This document shows, in pieces, positions 34,435 to 35,532 of a stretch of 35,532 nt of DNA. The position numbers were made by a program, and so were the translations under genes. Below the pieces are notes generated by a model. That model searched no databases, was not told the DNA's origin, and saw only the letters and a list, made by a program, of their open reading frames with translations. Each line of letters starts with the position of its first letter. Position 1 is the stretch's first letter. Source of the stretch: Octopus bimaculoides (Eukaryota); the NCBI RefSeq assembly GCF_001194135.2, contig NC_068998.1:37481360-37516891 (forward strand), in the 5' to 3' direction.

Positions 34435-35218
34435 AAATCACATGATTTCTGTATAGCTGCAGTAAAAACAACACAACGTCGTAATCTTTTGATATATCTA
34501 TGAAGAAAAGACAAATTGAAAGAAAAATATAAACAAATGCTGGTTGTATATTTTTCCTTCAAACATTCATATTTTTATATGTGTTATAAATGTTTTTCAC
34601 GTTAGTATGCTAATTTCTGTTCGTTTGTAGCTTTAGCATGTTTGTGAACTATTGCACTGAAATGTAAATTTACCATAAGGTTATACACACGCAACGACAT
34701 GCACACTCACCAACATACATATACACACACATACACAGACACACATATACATAAGCATAGAGGAACATGTACATGCGTTTCTTTGTTTATTTATGTGTGC
34801 ATATTTGTGTGTTCATGTTTGTGTACGTGCATGTTTATGTGTGAGCATGATTGTGCGTGTGTGTGTGCTTTGGGTATGGAATGAGGGAGGCCAACAATTC
34901 TCATTGAATTGAAATTTGCTTCCTGGAGAAAAAATAAAATTTTGGCGGCAATTGTTACTAGCATTAAAAATGGCGAAGAAAATAATAGTTTTGAGAAATT
35001 GTATCAATTTAATAGAAAATTGAATTGTCATGGTGGCAGGTGGTGGAATCTGATCTTGGTTAGCAGGCAAATTTCAATTTATTGGGGGGTTTTTTTGGTA
35101 TATATCACTCGGTATGTCATTATCTACATGAAGTCATGTTATTGATCACTTGAGTTATCACCCTTACTATATCTTTGTTTTTGTGTTTAAACAAACACAC
35201 ACTCACACATATATTTAC

Positions 35219-35516
35219 GATGGACTCTTCTGTCGAAGACGACGCATCAGCCTTCAGCTTTTCTCAAATGACCTGCACAAATGATTTGCTTACAGTAAAC
35301 AAATGCTCGTGCCACACACATTAGTTCACTCTCTCCATCAAATCAACAATGTCTGAAGAAGTGCACGGTGTACCTTGCGTCAGGTGCCGAAGTGATCGGA
35401 GAGTAACGTGAGACGAAGTGTTTTGCTCAATAACACAACGCACCAAACGGATTAGGAATTGAAATCACATCGCTAGATAGTGACAGCAACGCCTTAACCA
35501 CTAACCCAGGCGACCA
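35219..35516 (-). mobile_element. tRNA-derived SINE, type D, diverged
   Basis: Minus-strand head GGGTTAGTGGTTAAGGCG...GATTTCAATTCC, then GTGTTATTGAGCAAAACACTTCGTCTCACGTT, similar to the type C central domain. Confidence 0.7.
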
Positions 35517-35532
35517 CACATATATATATATA

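Noticed and set aside
34890-35098. Degenerate MITE (13-bp inverted match at 34907-34919 and 35067-35079)
   Set aside because: A short AT-rich match with no clear termini or TSD
1-35532. Most ORF-track entries (YIYI, VCVC, THTH, poly-K, poly-X)
   Set aside because: They are translations of microsatellites or N-gaps

Overview
Eukaryotic, AT-rich, repeat-saturated draft-assembly sequence with 11 N-gaps, most flanked by microsatellites. The SINE families look like those I recall from Octopus genomes; the organism call is an inference. I can support no intact cellular gene, rRNA, tRNA or CRISPR array, and most ORF-track entries are translations of microsatellites or N-runs. The window is a graveyard of mobile DNA: about 15 tRNA-derived SINE copies or fragments of four types, three mariner fragments, a near-complete Tc1-like pseudogene with DD36E spacing, a Tigger/pogo-type MITE, a Tx1/L1-like LINE 3' end, an R4/Dong-like RLE LINE and a Penelope-like element (PLE) RT with a long finger insertion. 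Less obvious features are two minimal hammerhead-ribozyme-like motifs on the minus strand, a TIR element carrying an OTU-like reading frame, a cluster of long palindromes at 32.3-33.75 kb and one candidate 84-nt host exon. None of this demonstrates a new biological system; the top findings are testable leads. Family assignments come from motif recognition, not database searches.
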